Shown piece by piece: positions 1 to 15,534 of a stretch of DNA of 64,000 bases. Position 1 is the stretch's first letter. Every line of letters begins with the position of its first letter. The stretch spans positions 620,001-684,000 of the forward strand of contig JBEUKZ010000096.1 in the NCBI GenBank assembly GCA_048128005.1. The letters are read 5' to 3'. The stretch comes from Veleropilina oligotropha (lineage: Eukaryota). Both the position numbers and the translations under genes were made by a program. Below the pieces are notes generated by a model. It searched no databases, had not been told where the DNA came from, and worked only from the letters and a program-made list of their open reading frames with translations.

Positions 1-135
1 GACATATGTTCACACAAAAACAACTCCTCTAGTTAGGGCTCCAACAGCTTCAGCTGGAGCCCTATTGTTTTTGCTATTTTTAGGGCTTCAAGCTTTCAGG
101 CTTGAAGCCCTATTGTTATTCTACGAATTATTATT

Positions 136-3100
136 AGGGCTTCAAGCTTTCAGGCTTGAAGCCCTATTGTTATTCTACGAATTATTATTATTATTCTGAT
201 TCTGATTCTGATTTATTATTTTCTCCACGATTTTGTGACAGCGATAACTCAAAAACTGCCAGAGCTACAGCAATAAAATTTTGCAGGCTTATAGGTGCAT
301 TAGTGAAGTTGTGCCGCGTCCTTAACCTAGTCTCTAGGTCGCATAGTTTCGTCGTTATCATGTGTTTTGTAAAAAAAACACCACTTTTTAAAAAATCTTC
401 TTCTAACAAACTGTCAAAGCCAACGAGGTTAAACTTTCCAGATATGATGTATGTCTTATGACGAAGTAATATTGCGAGCGAAAAATCGATCGGTCGTAAA
501 ACAAGGCAGCTGCTGGCATCCTAATGTTGGGAAAAAGTTGAAATTTTCAATCGTTTATAACTTGTATTTTGCTTTAACTATACTTTTCCAACTTCGCAGG
601 AATATAAGTGCATATGCTAAGTTATGTTTCCTGCAAAGACATCACCGATGCGACTTTCGGTTATGACGCAATCATGGATTGAAAAATTATACTAAAACGT
701 CATTTCCTCGTTAAATGTTGGACCGTTCGACATGGAAATCGGCATATACTGACATAAGTGTCATCTCTATATTGTTTTGTGAACGAAACAATGTTAGCAC
801 AAACGTATTAACAGCTAAGATGAATTCAATTTTAAATTTTAAAAAGACTGCAGTTTCCTTAATTTTTATTACTATGAAACAAAACGTAATTTATTTTAAT
901 CTCATGAATGTGCACTATCATAGTATGCATTTATTATATTGATATCCATTTGTATGTATAAAATACACGTAAATGAATTTTGCATTTGAAAATGTTCATA
1001 ACACAGCTAATACTGATGCTCTTTATTTGAAATTTTTCCTGAAGTTCACTATCAATGCCTAATATATATTTCTTGATTATCAAGAAAATATCTTGAACGG
1101 TTCGAGTTTCAATAATTTTTGTTGTGTCAATTAATGGTAAAAGAAATATTTATTGCCCAATCTCAAGAGCTCATGTCCCTGTAACAGGTTTATTGATGCT
1201 AAAGTCAACAAGGCGCTGCCTGCTAGCCAGGGTTGTTGTATATCAGTGTCTTTAGCATGTAATTAAAGCTAATTAATTACTTGTGTCAACATGAGACCAT
1301 TGGCTATCAGTGGATCAAAGCAGAGACTACTAACTAAGATAACCATTTGGTGATTAGTATCATGCGAGCCGCATTTCAGGACGGAAATGGATACGCATGT
1401 AAACTACTGTGTTTGCAAACATGGAAAACAGAATCATTGAAAATGGCAAGAGCAATGATTTACTAAAATATCCAAGTATTTTTATGTTATTTTCTGCAAC
1501 CTTTGATGAAAATACACATACATTCTTTCATGTCCGCATAAATGGATATGAAAATTTAGGTTTGTAGACTAAAGCGAGGATGCGATATACGTATTGGCCT
1601 ATACTTCTAACTTTCATTTTTATAGTCGGATTTCAAAATACAAATTACTAGGATACTATAAAGTACAATTGTCTGCATATCATAATCTTGCCATTCATAT
1701 TTTTTGTAAGAAATAGATGCGGAAACATGGATAATGAATTCGCAAATAGGCCTAGAGCAAAAATGATCATAATCAATCGGTAATAATGAGTATTGTTTAC
1801 AACTTTCCAAGAACATTGCCAATTTTGAGCTCCCATAAATACAATTATAGCGTAGTGTTAATGTGTTATATACGAATGTGATGTGCAGTACGTATGCCCA
1901 ATATCAAAGTCATTATATGAAATCATACCAATTCTGGTTCTAAACTTCCAATTCGATTAGAGACATAACATCGGTAAACAACGAACAATTCACAACCGTG
2001 TTAGCGACTTGACACATAATGTGACCAACTTAGTTGTACCTGGTGATTTACCGTTGTTTGTCACAAATAAATAGCCAACCCAGATTATAAATTGCTTTAA
2101 ATAGTCTTTTTGTCCAAATAATGAATTTTACCTTGGCCAAAGGGATACATGCTGTACATTGTCATTATACTAACAACAAGCGCATCCGAGAGGAAGCATA
2201 ATTGAACCATGTAAATTCATCGTGGACATGCACCACCACACGGACATACACCACCACACAGACAGACAGCCCCAATACAATAGTTTCTCCATTTACACGG
2301 CTCAACTAATAACTTATTATAAAATACACAAACATACCCTTTGACAGAGGCAATATTGTAGGCAATGCAACCTAGCTGTGTTGTCATGTTGCAAATTTCC
2401 AGCACCTGGTACGATGGGTATATTTTCAAATATTCAGGCTATCATAAATTCTTTACTGCTCCAAATACGCTAGACATTAATCAGCCTTTTAAGTCATATC
2501 TTCTAATTAATCATTCAACCGCAGACTAAAGTCGTTGATAAATTATAAATGGAAAGTCCATGAAGTGGTAAAGCCGATGTATAAGCGTTTATGACAAACA
2601 CTTTTGTCATTTTCAGTTATATGTATTCGTAGGCAATAATTATATTATATACAAGGCCTAAATAAAAGCCACGGTTCAAAATCTTCATATGCCCGACTTT
2701 CACTGAGTTGACTACGCACAAATAACTGTAAACCACATAAATAAATACCACACAAAACAATGTAAATCATTATTGATTGTTTAAATATATTATATTTTAA
2801 CATTTTGAATATAAACTGCAGTCGTTATCGGGGAACTTTGCTTCTGCAATAAGTCAATTACAAAAGAAATATATATACACCAGTCATTAGAGATTTGGTG
2901 AGAAAAAATATCATCGAACGCAGTACTCTGAACGCCAGAGATCTATGCTCTAACCACTGTGCTACGGCGGCCTTCTATCTTGGAAATTGCATCATAATGT
3001 AAGCTGTTTTCATATATGTTACTTTGCACCAACAATTAAAATATTCATATCATGAAAATGATGACAAAGAGACAGTTCCGAATTGGAAAATTTTCCCATC

Positions 3101-5519
3101 TGTACATTATGAAGGAAAAATTGTTCGAACTATATCTTGACATTTTGTTTCTTAAGGCTGTCAGCAGGTGTAGCTGTTACTTCATAGAATCTGCATCATG
3201 TATCAATTTGTATCCATTTGTGACATCTAACTCTCGGTGGTGCCATCGTTGATATCAGGCTTCAGTCAGACAACAGCTTGACGTCACAAAGTGTCAGAGC
3301 GAGGCTGGTTGGCAAAACAATCCTTGTCGATGTTTGTTTACGGCTGAGAGGGCTTTGTTTTGTTCGTATTGCCGTCATTCAACGCCATTTTATTTGATAT
3401 TGTTACTTCTTAACATTTACTTTCCTGATCTCAGAATGATATAACGTGTTTGTCACGTATACCAGTTGCCAAATGGAGTATTGATAATGAAATAAAACAA
3501 TATAAAAGGAATTTTTGCGTATACGGCTTTTTTCGAGTTCAGTTGTTATATGATGTCAATCGGGACCCGGGATTTTGCACGTTTTTAACAATCTTTCACA
3601 GTGATATTGTTGTAGGAGCATCGATGTAACATCTCCGCTCCATGGACGGATAATGGGTTAACTGTTTTAAACCACCCCTTCTATTTAGGGGTTATAATAC
3701 ACCACACCGGTTGCGATATTTGAACCCGCGACCTATCGTCCAACTTTCGTTTTTCCACCGCACTACTAGTCGAGCTGTTTGGGACGGCTGTGTATGTATA
3801 TTAAATCAGTTCAGGAGAACTTTCAGTTTAAAATACTGGGATGGGCTTGTCAGGTGTAAATGTCATGGTCTTTTCATTCATAGACATAAAGTAATATGTA
3901 GGCCTACAGATCAATGTCTTCCATGCCCTCATCTGCATTGTGTGATTATTGTTTAGACAAAGATGGGCTTAAGAAAAGTCATAAGTATTGTTAAGTGCAG
4001 ACATAATTTCTTGTAACAAATAGTGCTATGTGTAACTTAGTTGTGAGAAATTTAAGGAGCTCAATTTAAGTTGATCACTGAAGAAAGGGAGTGAGTGAGC
4101 TATTTTTTATCGTCACATTTAATTCTTTATTATTTTCTCCAAAATTTTGTGTTTGCAATAACGCCAAAACGGCTAGAGCTACAGCAATAAAACTTTGCAG
4201 GTTTATAGGTGCATTAGTGAAGTTGTGCCGCGTCCTTAACGTACTGTCTGGGAATTGCGGTTTGGCCGCCATTTTGAATATATTAAAACTCTAAAAAAAT
4301 CTTCTTCTCAAAAACCGCCAATGACAGCGAGGGAAGACTTTCCAGATATGATTGACGTACTAAGGGGAAGTTAAATTGCAAGCGAAAAATCGATCGGTTG
4401 TAAAAGGAGGCCGCTGCGTGCGTCTGAAGATTGCGGCGCGCATTTAAAAATTTAAATCAATTTAAAATGGCTATATCTTGAAAATGATGCACCGTAGACC
4501 CATGGTTACTATGGGGAGCCTATGGGAAGTCATGGTTGGGCTTTCAAATTTGACCTTGACCTTTGACCTCAGTTGACCTACATTGCAGGAAATGACCTAA
4601 TTAAGGAAAAATGCATATATGTGGGCCTACAGTGCATGAAATGAACTCCTATTGACGTGTGTAGTCAACATTTACCAAATTTACAAGATAAAATTGAAAA
4701 ACAGGAAGTGCCTCGACCGCCATTAAAGCTTTTATTTCAAGTGGCAATATATCAACAATGATGCGCCGTGGACACATAGTTACTTTGGGGAGCCTATGGG
4801 AAGTCATGGTTGGGCTTTCAAATGTGACCTTGACCTTTGACCTCAGTTGACCTACATTGCGAAAAATGACCTATTTAAGGAAAAATGCATATATGCTTGC
4901 CCATAGTGGCTAAAATGAACTCCTATTGACGTGCGTAGTCGCTATTTACCAAATTTCCAAGATAAAATGAAGAACAGGAAGTGCCTCGGCGGCCATTAAA
5001 GCATTTGTTAGAAGTGGCAATATATCAACAAGGATGCACCGTGGACACATAGTTACTATGGGGACCCTATTGGAAGTCATGGTTGATCTTTCACATGTGA
5101 CCTTGACATTTGACCTCAGTTGACCTACATTGCAGAAAATGACCTAATTAAGGAAAACGACATATTTTCGCCAGAAAAAGACATGTTTGCCAGAAAATGG
5201 TCAGGACATGGCAAACTCTGTTAATATTGATGCTAGAGCTTAGATATTTTAAATTAGGATAATAAAAAAATTCGAAAAAAACAAAAAATGGCTACCACAT
5301 TTTCCTTAAAAAGGCCAGAACTGGAGACCTACGTGGGGTACAGACCTGAAATTTGCGGCATTCGATTCAGTGTATATATTAATAAAATTCTAAGGAAAAA
5401 AATTAAAATATTTAAAAATTAAATCTAAAAGTTAAAAAAAAATAAAATAAAAACATTTGGCTGCAAGCGATAGGACGCGATCAGCTTGAAGCCCTCTACA
5501 GCTGCTTGCAGCTTTAATT
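136..5519 (+). mobile_element. HINE family A inner copy
   Basis: Same head (136-190) and tail (about 5484-5519) as the outer copy; ~274-bp tandem units at about 4484-5160. Confidence 0.75.
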
Positions 5520-8500
5520 ATGATTTATTATTTTCTCCACGATTTTGTGACAGCGATAACTCAAAAACTGCCAGAGCTACAGCAATAAAATTTTGCAGGC
5601 TTATAGGTGCATTAGTGAAGTTGTGCCGCGTCCTTAACGTAGTCTCTAGGTCGCATAGTTTCGTCGTTATCATGTGTTTTTTAAAAAAAACACCACTTTT
5701 TATAAAATCTTCTTCTCCAGAACCACTGACGCGATTGAAACGAAACTCGGAATATAGCATTTAGACATCATGTACATATTTGTTTGCACATGTCAAGGCA
5801 ATCTGACACGTAAAAAAGCAGCTACGGCTATCTGAAGTCATCAAAATATTTCAATAATTTGATATTTTTTATTTCAGCTCTAATTCTTAAATGACTTTTT
5901 GGTTTAAGGTCTGAAGTTGTGCTGGGTCGTTAAACCTAGTCTCTAGGTCGCATAGTTTCGTAGTTATCATGTGTTTTGTCAAAAAAACACCACCTTTTAA
6001 AAAATCTACTTCTCCAGACCCACTAACGCGATTGAAACGAAACTCGGAATATATCATATAAACACCATGTAGATATTTGTTTCACAATATCAAGGCAATC
6101 GGACACGCAACAGGGCAGCTACGGTCATCTGAAGTCATCAAAATATTTCAATAATTTTATTTTTTTAATTTCAGCTTTAACTCTTAAATTGCTTTTTGGA
6201 TTAAGCTTGCATATCTATGGGCGCGTAGGCGCTTATGTTAAGTTATTTTTACAATAAAGATTTAGTCGACAGGGGTCACGGATTGGCCGCCATCTTGGAT
6301 TGTTTGAAAAACTTAAAACGTCAGTTTCTCTTCAATCGTTGGTCCGATCGAAATGAAACTTCGTCGGTAGGGCCGTTGTGTTATGTTTCTATTGTTTTAT
6401 AAACGAATACTGGGTAGGATGAACATAATAGCAGCTAAGATCATTTGAAAATTAAAATCTTAATTAGATGTATCTTCCTTAATTTTTAAGTACGTGAAAG
6501 GAAATATAGTTCATTATGAACACATCAAATTTAACTAATGCAATATATATAAAAACTGTCACTCAGAATATTATTTTTAGAGTAAAAAGCAATTGCGTTT
6601 TATATTCTAAAAGTTAAAAAACTTAGCTGTAACTAGGACTACGAACTTGAAATTTAAATACAATACGCATCACATTTCTGTGAATTCGTATGTTCAATTT
6701 CATAGCGCTACGACTGGTGGTTCAATATTAAAACAGTTTATTTTTTGCGTTCAGTCAGAAGAATTGAACTGCATTAATTGCTTTAATTGCTAGCAGTCAA
6801 TATTATCCAGCGACTCTAAATTAGTTTATGAGCTCTATGGCCGGCCTGTGGCCACCGCAGGCAGTTAAATCAGCAATTAGCAGGTCGTAAACCTGGACAG
6901 AGAGAGATAGAACTTTAGAAATAAATTTCTTCCCACGTGTCTTGATGGAACTATTTGAAATGTCTACTGCTGCATTTACCATTATGATTTATCCAAATTA
7001 ATTGGTCACCATCGTAATGTCATGTATATTTATACCAGATATGAGCACAGTTTACGTCGACTAATCTCCTTTTTATTACCATGTTTAGTGTTCAATAGAT
7101 AACTTGGAATAAAGTAATCAGTATTTATCAACAATAATAACGTTCATAAATATTTCACTAATATATTGTCTGCTAATCGGGAATGTGAGCTTGAATTGAA
7201 GGCTGTAATCTAAATTCAGTTAGATGTGATTAATCCTAACCAAAGGTGCGAAAGTATACGTCGTGGGCATGAACCTACACAACGAAGGACACGATTGTTT
7301 TAATTTTGACATCTTTGATTGACTCTAATTGCCGTTACAATGTTTATGTTTGTGGGCTAACAGTGTTGCAATAACAAATAAACTAAGCTGGTATTTGAAA
7401 AGACTAATAGCGTGTGTAACTGAGATGTTTATGTCAAATAATAAAAAATATATAATTATAAATGATCTTTAGTATAATATTGTTTTTCAGTAAGTAAATG
7501 TCGCAAACAAAAAGCAATCGCGAACAAGCAAGCAGCTTCCATCGCTAATGAAATTGTAGCCACGCTATACATTTAAACATTTGTTAAATTTCGCGGAGAT
7601 CCGGCTAATACTTTCAGTTTTAGGAAAAATGCATTTTATGTCCCGTTGTGTCCACTTATCACTGTACAGTTCTTTTGATAGTGGCTTTTATTGCGCCAAG
7701 GCAAACAGCCAAGCAGCCCATGAAGGATGGTCCCAACGGTCAAAGGGCGCCCCTACAATTTATCTCATTGTCAATGTTTCTTAATTGGCAATTAATCTGC
7801 ATGCCGCATTAACTTTATGCCGCCAGTGCAAACATTGGCCCGGCTGGCTGGCAGGACGTTATATAATATCACTGCAGACGTATAAGGTCAAATACCACAG
7901 TCTTTAGACATCCATGTAAATGTTTCTTAACAAGACCAAATAAATTATATGTGTGCTTCCTATTACCTTGTAAAAAAATAGGTAGGGTAGGTAGGTGAAA
8001 TGTTTTTTTGTTTTTTTAATCTTTTATTACCAATTTACTAGGGTAGGTAGGCAGCTAACAATTTTTTTCCTTTGAAAGAAACTGATCAATATCGCGTATT
8101 GTAACAGTGCAATAAATGTGTATGTAAAGATTTGTCTATATGTAGTCAGAATATTCTAGCTAGGTCTTTCTGAATCAAGAAATGAAGCTACTTTAATTGT
8201 TTAATTTAAGACAGATTTGAAACATTATCATAGCCCTGTTATTGTTGGGATTTATTTATAAATTGCTGAATGGTAAGTAGACAATTCGTATTTCCTTCGC
8301 AGGCATAGAGCCTATATAATCTTTTTAGCTATTTGAACTTATGCGTGTTACCATAAAATTTACCTTGCTCTAATTTATTTTTATCTTTTTTAGAGTAACA
8401 AGACTTAGTCAAGTAAAATAGGAAATATTTTAACGACCGAACATGAAATAAAGTTACCGATTATTACGTGTTAGCAGTTTATTTGTGAGCGGGAATGTAT

Positions 8501-9416
8501 AGGCCTTATATTTTGTGATTTTTAAAATATATTATCGTAATTAATACGATTTAGACCACCTTATAAGATGAATCTTAATATGCGCAGATGGGCTCATACG
8601 TAGGAATAAAGCCATGAATCCATGTGCACGTAGTGGGTATGCGACTATTTGTCAAAATGTATCAAAATCAGTAAGAACGATGTAGGATATGTTATAGGCT
8701 ACGCAGGGAGGTAGTCATTTTATTACGTTTATTGATCCATTTAAAAAAGTTTATTTCAAGATAATATATGAACGTAATTTTATGACATTAGAACAAACAG
8801 ATATCGTAGCTTCATTACAATCTGTGTCTGTGGAAATTATATACTGTATTTAAAATAATATCCTTGTATAATAAAGAGAAGTTTACGGCACAAGAGCTTA
8901 TCGCCCAACATGACGCATATCATATATATATTTAGCTGCGTTCTTGTCACTAGGGAGCACATATATCATATTAATATCTAATTATGTCTTCATTTAATCA
9001 GGTGATAGTTATATTTATGTAATGCTTGCTTGTTTATCATCGATAATGCAAAATATGCTGCCGGGCGGAAATCTAACTATTGTTGTTTGTGCCGAGCGGT
9101 ATCAGATAGACTTATCTCCAGGCTTATAGCAACGCAAATGATCGTAAATGAAGTTTACTTTCGAAATTGTTTTAGCTAGCGGTAATTTTTGGTAAATTGT
9201 CGTTTTCAATCAAATCATACCAATTGGAAGCGTAATTTATTATACGTTACTTGGCAGAAATAGAGACCAAAATTGTATTAATAAAAGATCACATATAGAT
9301 TGTTCCGAATATGTAAATATAAAATAGAGAAAAATAATCGCAAATGAAGTTACTTTCGAAGTTCTTTTAGCTAGTGGTAATTTTGCGTAAATTGTCGTCT
9401 TCAGCTTTCTATCTTG

Positions 9417-9620
9417 GAGTTGAGTTGGTTAGTTTTACGACCACTTTGAACAATCTTTCAGTTATATCATAGTCGGGACCCCCGGTTTAACCTCTCTATC
9501 CGAACAGACGGAGCAATGTGGCTTATTTCCTTGCCCAAGGGAAATCGTCGCTAGCGGGATTCGAACGCAGTACTCTGAACGCCAGAGATCTACGCTCTAA
9601 CTACTGTGCTACGGCGGCCT
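9417..9620 (-). mobile_element. tRNA-derived SINE with AACTC tail (partial copy at about 2915-2975)
   Basis: Minus strand gccgccgtagcacagtagttagagcg...gttcgaatccc; central tcggatagagaggttaaaccgggggtccc. Confidence 0.7.
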
Positions 9621-12600
9621 TCTATCTTGGAAATTGCATCATAATGAAAGCTGTTTTCATATATGTTACTTTGCACCAACAATTAAAATATTCATATCAT
9701 GAAAATGATGACAAAGAGACAGTTCCGAATTGGAAAATTTTCCCATCTGTACATTATGAAGGAAAAATTGTTCGAACTATATCTTGACATTTTGTTTCTT
9801 GCTGTCACATATCAACCAACATCAACATCCACAGATTAATGCTGTCAGCAGGTGTAGCTGTTACTTCATAGAATCTGCATCATGTATCAATTTGTATCCA
9901 TTTGTGACATCTAACTCTCGGTGGTGCCATCGTTGATATCAGGCTTCAGTCAGACAACAGCTTGACGTCACAAAGTGTCAGAGCGAGGCTGGTTGGCAAA
10001 ACAATCCTTGTCGATGTTTGTTTACGGCTGAGAGGGCTTTGTTTTGTTCGTATTGCCGTCATTCAACGCCATTTTATTTGATTTTGTTACTTCTTAACAT
10101 TTACTTTCCTGATCTCAGAATGATATAACGTGTTTGTCACGTATACCAGTTGCCAAATGGAGTATTGATAATGAAATAAAACAATATAAAAGGAATTTTT
10201 GCGTATACGGCTTTTTTCGAGTTCAGTTGTTATATGATGTCAATCGGGACCCGGGATTTTGCACGTTTTTAACAATCTTTCACAGTGATATTGTTGTAGG
10301 AGCATCGATGTAACGTCTCCGCTCCATGGACGGATAATGGGTTAACTGTTTTAAACCACCCCTTCTATTTAGGGGTTATAATACGCCACACCGGTTGCGA
10401 TATTTGAACCCGCGACCTATCGTCCAACTTTCGTTTTTCCACCGCACTACTAGTCGAGCTGTTGGGGACGGCTGTGTATGTATATTAAATCAGTTCAGGA
10501 GAACTTTCAGTTTAAAATACTGGGATGGGCTTGTCAGGTGTAAATGTCATGGTCTTTTCATTCATAGACATAAAGTAATATGTAGGCCTACAGATCAATG
10601 TCTTCCATGCCCTCATCTGCATTGTGTGATTATTGTTTAGACAAAGATGGGCTTAAGAAAAGTCATAAGTATTGTTAAGTGCAGACATAATTTCTTGTAA
10701 CAAATAGTGCTATGTGTAACTTAGTTGTGAGAAATTTAAGGAGCTCAATTTAAGTTGATCACTGAAGAAAGGGAGTGAGTGAGCTATTTTTTATCGTCAC
10801 ATTTAACACCCGTTTAGTGTCATATCAGGATATGTCAATATTATGGTGAGAGAAAAGCTTGGAAAAACCAGTGAAACCCACTTGCACCGGCCAGTTACGG
10901 ACAACTGTGTCTGATAACACAAACAGTGCCTTCATGAGGATTTAAACCCATATTCAAATGACATGCAGACAGATCAAGTGGATTTGGAGCTCGCTCGCTA
11001 TCCACTCAACCACTAGGCACTCCTGTAGAAACTGCCAAAAGCTATATCCAGAACATACAAATAGTGCTATGTGTAACTTAGTTGTGAGAAATTTAAAGAG
11101 CTCAATTTAAGTTGATCACTGAAGGAAGGGAGTGAGTGAGCTATTTTTTATCGTCACATTTAACACCCGTTTAGGGTCATACCAGGATATGTCCATATTA
11201 TGGTGAGAGAAAAGCTTGGAAAAACCAGTTAAACCCACCTACACCGACCAGTTATGGACAACTGTGTCTGATAACATAAACAGTGCCTTCAAATTTGACC
11301 TTGACCTTTGACCTCAGTTGACCTACATTGCAGGAAATGACCTAATTAAGGAAAAATGCATATATGTGGGCCTATAGTGCATGAAATGAACTCCTATTGA
11401 CGTGTGTAGTCAACATTTACCAAATTTACAAGATAAAATTGAAAAACAGGAAGTGCCTCGACCGCCATTAAAGCTTTTATTTCAAGTGGCAATATATCAA
11501 CAATGATGCGCCGTGGACACATAGTTACTATGGGGAGCCTATGGGAAGTCATGGTTGGGCTTTCAAATGTGACCTTGACCTTTGACCTCAGTTGACCTAC
11601 ATTGCGAAAAATGACCTATTTAAGGAAAAATGCATATATGCTTGCCCATAGTGGCTAAAATGAACTCCTATTGACGTGCGGTAGTCGCTATTTACCAAAT
11701 TTCCAAGATAAAATTAAAAACAGGAAGTGCCTCGGCGGCCATTAAAGCATTTGTTAGAAGTGGCAATATATCAACAAGGATGCACCGTGGACACATAGTT
11801 ACTATGGGGACCCTATGGGAAGTCATGGTTGATCTTTCACATGTGACCTTGACCTTTGACCTCAGTTGACCTACATTGCAGAAAATGACCTAATTAAGGA
11901 AAACGACATATTTTCGCCAGAAAAAGACATGTTTGCCAGAAAATGGTCAGGAAATGGCAAACTCTGTTAACATTGATGCTAGAGCTTAGATATTTTAAAT
12001 TAGGATAATAAAAAATTCGAAAAAAAAAAAAAATGGCTACCACATTTTCCTTAAAAAGGCCAGAACTGGAGACCTACGTGGCGTACAGACCTGAAATTTG
12101 CGGCATTCGATTCAGTGTATATATTAATAAAATTCTAAGGAAAAAAATTAAAATATTTAAAAATTAAATCTAAAAGTTAAAAAAAAAAAAAAAAAAAAAA
12201 TTGTCTGCAAGCGATAGGACGCGATCAGCTTGAAGCCCTCTACAGCTGCTTGCAGCTTTAATATTATTCCTATTATTCCGCCTGAGTTTTGTACCAGTGA
12301 TAACTTCCAAACCGCTTAAAGCAAAAACTCTAAAAATGGTAAACATGTAGCTATGGTACTGAAGTTCATACGCACTTAATTTCTGCTATGCGGCGCCACT
12401 GGCTTAGCGGCAATTAAGGTTTTTTCTTTAAAAAAGCACCTTTTTATACCATCTTCTTCGGCCAAACGGCTGAAGTGAGGTACGCGATGTTCCTAAATAA
12501 TGATCTTCACTATGTGAAGAAAAAAGTTTGAAAGCGAAAATGTTATCGGAACAAAAGCAAGGCAGTTACGGCCATCTGAATCTCTCAATAATTTTGAAAA

Positions 12601-14352
12601 AATCACACTTTTTTACATCGGCTATAACTCTTATTCTGCTTTAACTATAGTCTTCAACCTTCGCTGAGTGGTAGACGCTTTCTGTAAGTTAATTTTGCTA
12701 CAAAGAAGATATTTCTGCGTGATGTGGTTAAGCCGCCATCTTGGATTGTTTGAAAAACTTCAAACGTCATTTTCCCTGCAGTCGTCTGTCCGATCACAAT
12801 GAAACTTCGTAGGTGGGAACGTTGTGTTATGTTCTTATAAATGTATAATAAACCAAAAAATAACAGTATGAAAATATTAAGAGCAAAAGTCATTTGAAAT
12901 TTAAAATTTCAATTAGTCGTATCTTCCTTAATATTTAATTATTTGAAACGAAATAAAGTTCATTATGAACACATCAAATTTATCTAACGCAATATATAAA
13001 AAAGCTATCACTTATTTAAGTTAATTTAAAGATATAGACATTTTTTGACATCATTTTGTAACTGCTATAACTTAGGTTGTACGGGGACCATCAAGTGGTA
13101 AATTTAACACTAGTGCCATCTTAGGGGAAATAATATATATGCATATTTTCGAATAGCTGGGACTGGTAATACTGCAAAAAGACAGTGTATTTTTTATGTA
13201 GTGACTATATCTGGCTGGCTTAAAGTAATTTATTACCCTGTGTCAACAAAGCCCCCATGGTCTTGTATTGACATTATGGCCACCTAATTACTTTGTATCA
13301 ATAAACTGTGGCCATCCCACTGCCTGCAGAGATATACGAAATTAGTATGTCGTAAAAACTAGAGGTTTAGTTCTGCTCTAACTCCTAAATAACTTAGCTG
13401 TAACTAGGACTATGAACTTGAAATTTAAATACAATACGCATCACATTTCTGTGAATTCGTATGTTCAATTTCATAGCGCTATGACTGGTGGTTCAATATT
13501 AAAACAGTTTATTTTTTGCGTTCAGTCAGAAGAATTGAACTGCATTAATTGCTTTAATTGCTTGAATGCTACCAGTCAATAGTATCCAGCGACTCTAAAT
13601 TAGTTTATGAGCTCTATGGCTGGCTTGTGGCCACCGCAGGCAGATAAATCAGCAATTAGCAGGTCGTAAACCTGGACAGAGAGAGATAGAACTTTAGAAG
13701 TTATCTTAAAGTGCTCTCCAAACTACAATAGTTAATTTTGACCATTTTCGGACCTCTTTAGCTCAGAAATTGGCTCCTTATTGCGTTGCTGACACCAATA
13801 ATTTTACCATATATGCGGTCAAAGGGATCAGCTGCTCAGCAATATCAAACGTTTGCGTCGATTGTCAAATGCGTTCAACTGAAATTACCGTAAATCAAAA
13901 ACTCTAAAAATGGTAAACATGTAGGTATGGTACTGAAGTTGAATCGCACTTAATTTCTGCTATGCGGCGCCACTGGCTTAGCGGCAATTAAGGTTTTTTC
14001 TTTAAAAAAGCACCTTTTTATACCATCTTCTTCAGCCAAACGGCTGAAGTGAGGTACGCGATGTTCCTAAATAATGATCTTCACTATGTGAAGAAAAAAG
14101 TTTGAAAGCGAAAATGTTATCGGAACAAAAGCAAGGCAGTTACGGCCATCTGAATCTCTCAATAATTTTGAAAAAATCACACTTTTTTATTTCAGCGGTC
14201 ACCATTATCCGATTTAAGTGAAATTTTCACTGAAACTATACATTTTAATTGGAAATTTTGGCATGCATATGATCAATATTTTTTATGTTTATAAGACATA
14301 TTTTTATTCCTACTACAGTCTTAGGAAGGCGATTACAGCATTTATGATGTTA

Positions 14353-15534
14353 GGCCAAGTAAAATAATATGTGTGTTTAGGGTTACCCGACCGTCCCTAA
14401 ATAAACGTGCCTACCCTCCAACTTTTTATGACATATGCAAATAAATAGTTAAAAATGTGTGACCCTACCTATTTTCGAACATTTCTAAATCATGATTTTT
14501 TAGTTTCCGTAGCGTTGATTTTGCGTAATGTTTTTAGGAAATATTACAATATGTAAATTTGGGGTCCTTCGCAAAAATAGCGAATTACGCAATTTGTTTA
14601 CTGCCATTCGGTTTTAACATGCCTCTATGTTTATGAATTATTGGTTGTTTTGTCAACTACTTGTCTGCATATATGTGAATAAAATATCTTTTCATGCCTT
14701 GTGTCCCTACTTTTATTCCATTATACGGTTATATGTCATTTTATCGCTTGAAATCTGCAACTTAACTTGGTAAAACATGGGGTGAAATGTTTGTTGAAGT
14801 AACTTTGGTCAAGTGTCGGCAAATTTAGACATTACAGGAGCTGAGACTGCATGACAAATTGAAAAAAGAGGAAAGGAAAACATGTTATAGCAGAGCAGGA
14901 TAACTTATTTAAAGTTGATTTTAAGACACTGTCGCAGATATAGATAGATTTTTTTTTTCTTATTTGCACATTAGTGGCATATACATAATTATTGAGCATT
15001 TCTTATAATTCACGTATAAAACATTTAAGGTGATTAATCCATATGTCGTCATGACCGCTGCGGTAGTCGTGTGGTATCAAGTACCAACTCCGACAATAAC
15101 ATTCTTTGTTCAGTTACCATCTCAGTTGTTCATAACTGACCGGAGATGGGGGTTTTCCAACCGGGATTTCGTCCAGCGACAATATGGACTTGTCCTGATT
15201 GAACCTGAAGGCTGTAAGTATACCTGGCATTATAAGCATCGATTCAATCTCATCCAGTCCATCATCTTGCTAAAGAAATGTATATTTTTAAGAATTGGAA
15301 AAGTGTATGTACTCTTGGGTCAGCCTTTCTTATAATCGGTTCATGAAACACTTCGTGAATTCAAAAACAGGTAATATTCAACATGCTTGAAGAATAAAAT
15401 TAGGAACAATTTTTTCTTCGATGCCCTACCTACCCTAAAATTAAATTTTAGATTAATAATTTTTTACAGCCTACCTTCCTACCCTATTTTCAAAAGCGAT
15501 GTAACCCTAAACACACATATTATTTTACTTGGCC
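14353..15534. mobile_element. PIF/Harbinger-type MITE with TTA target-site duplication
   Basis: TIR GGCCAAGTAAAATAATATGTGTGTTTAGGGTTAC at both ends, TTA flanks, and an empty site in the paralogous copy at about 31700. Contains a SINE at about 15056-15262. Confidence 0.88.

Larger units (their letters stand above)
81..12261 (+). mobile_element. HINE family A outer copy (head 81-135, body 5520-12261)
   Basis: Head agggcttcaagc...gcttgaagccct plus (tta)n; tail gcttgaagccctctacagctgcttgcagctttaa at about 12228-12261; ~274-bp tandem units at about 11290-11900. Confidence 0.75.
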
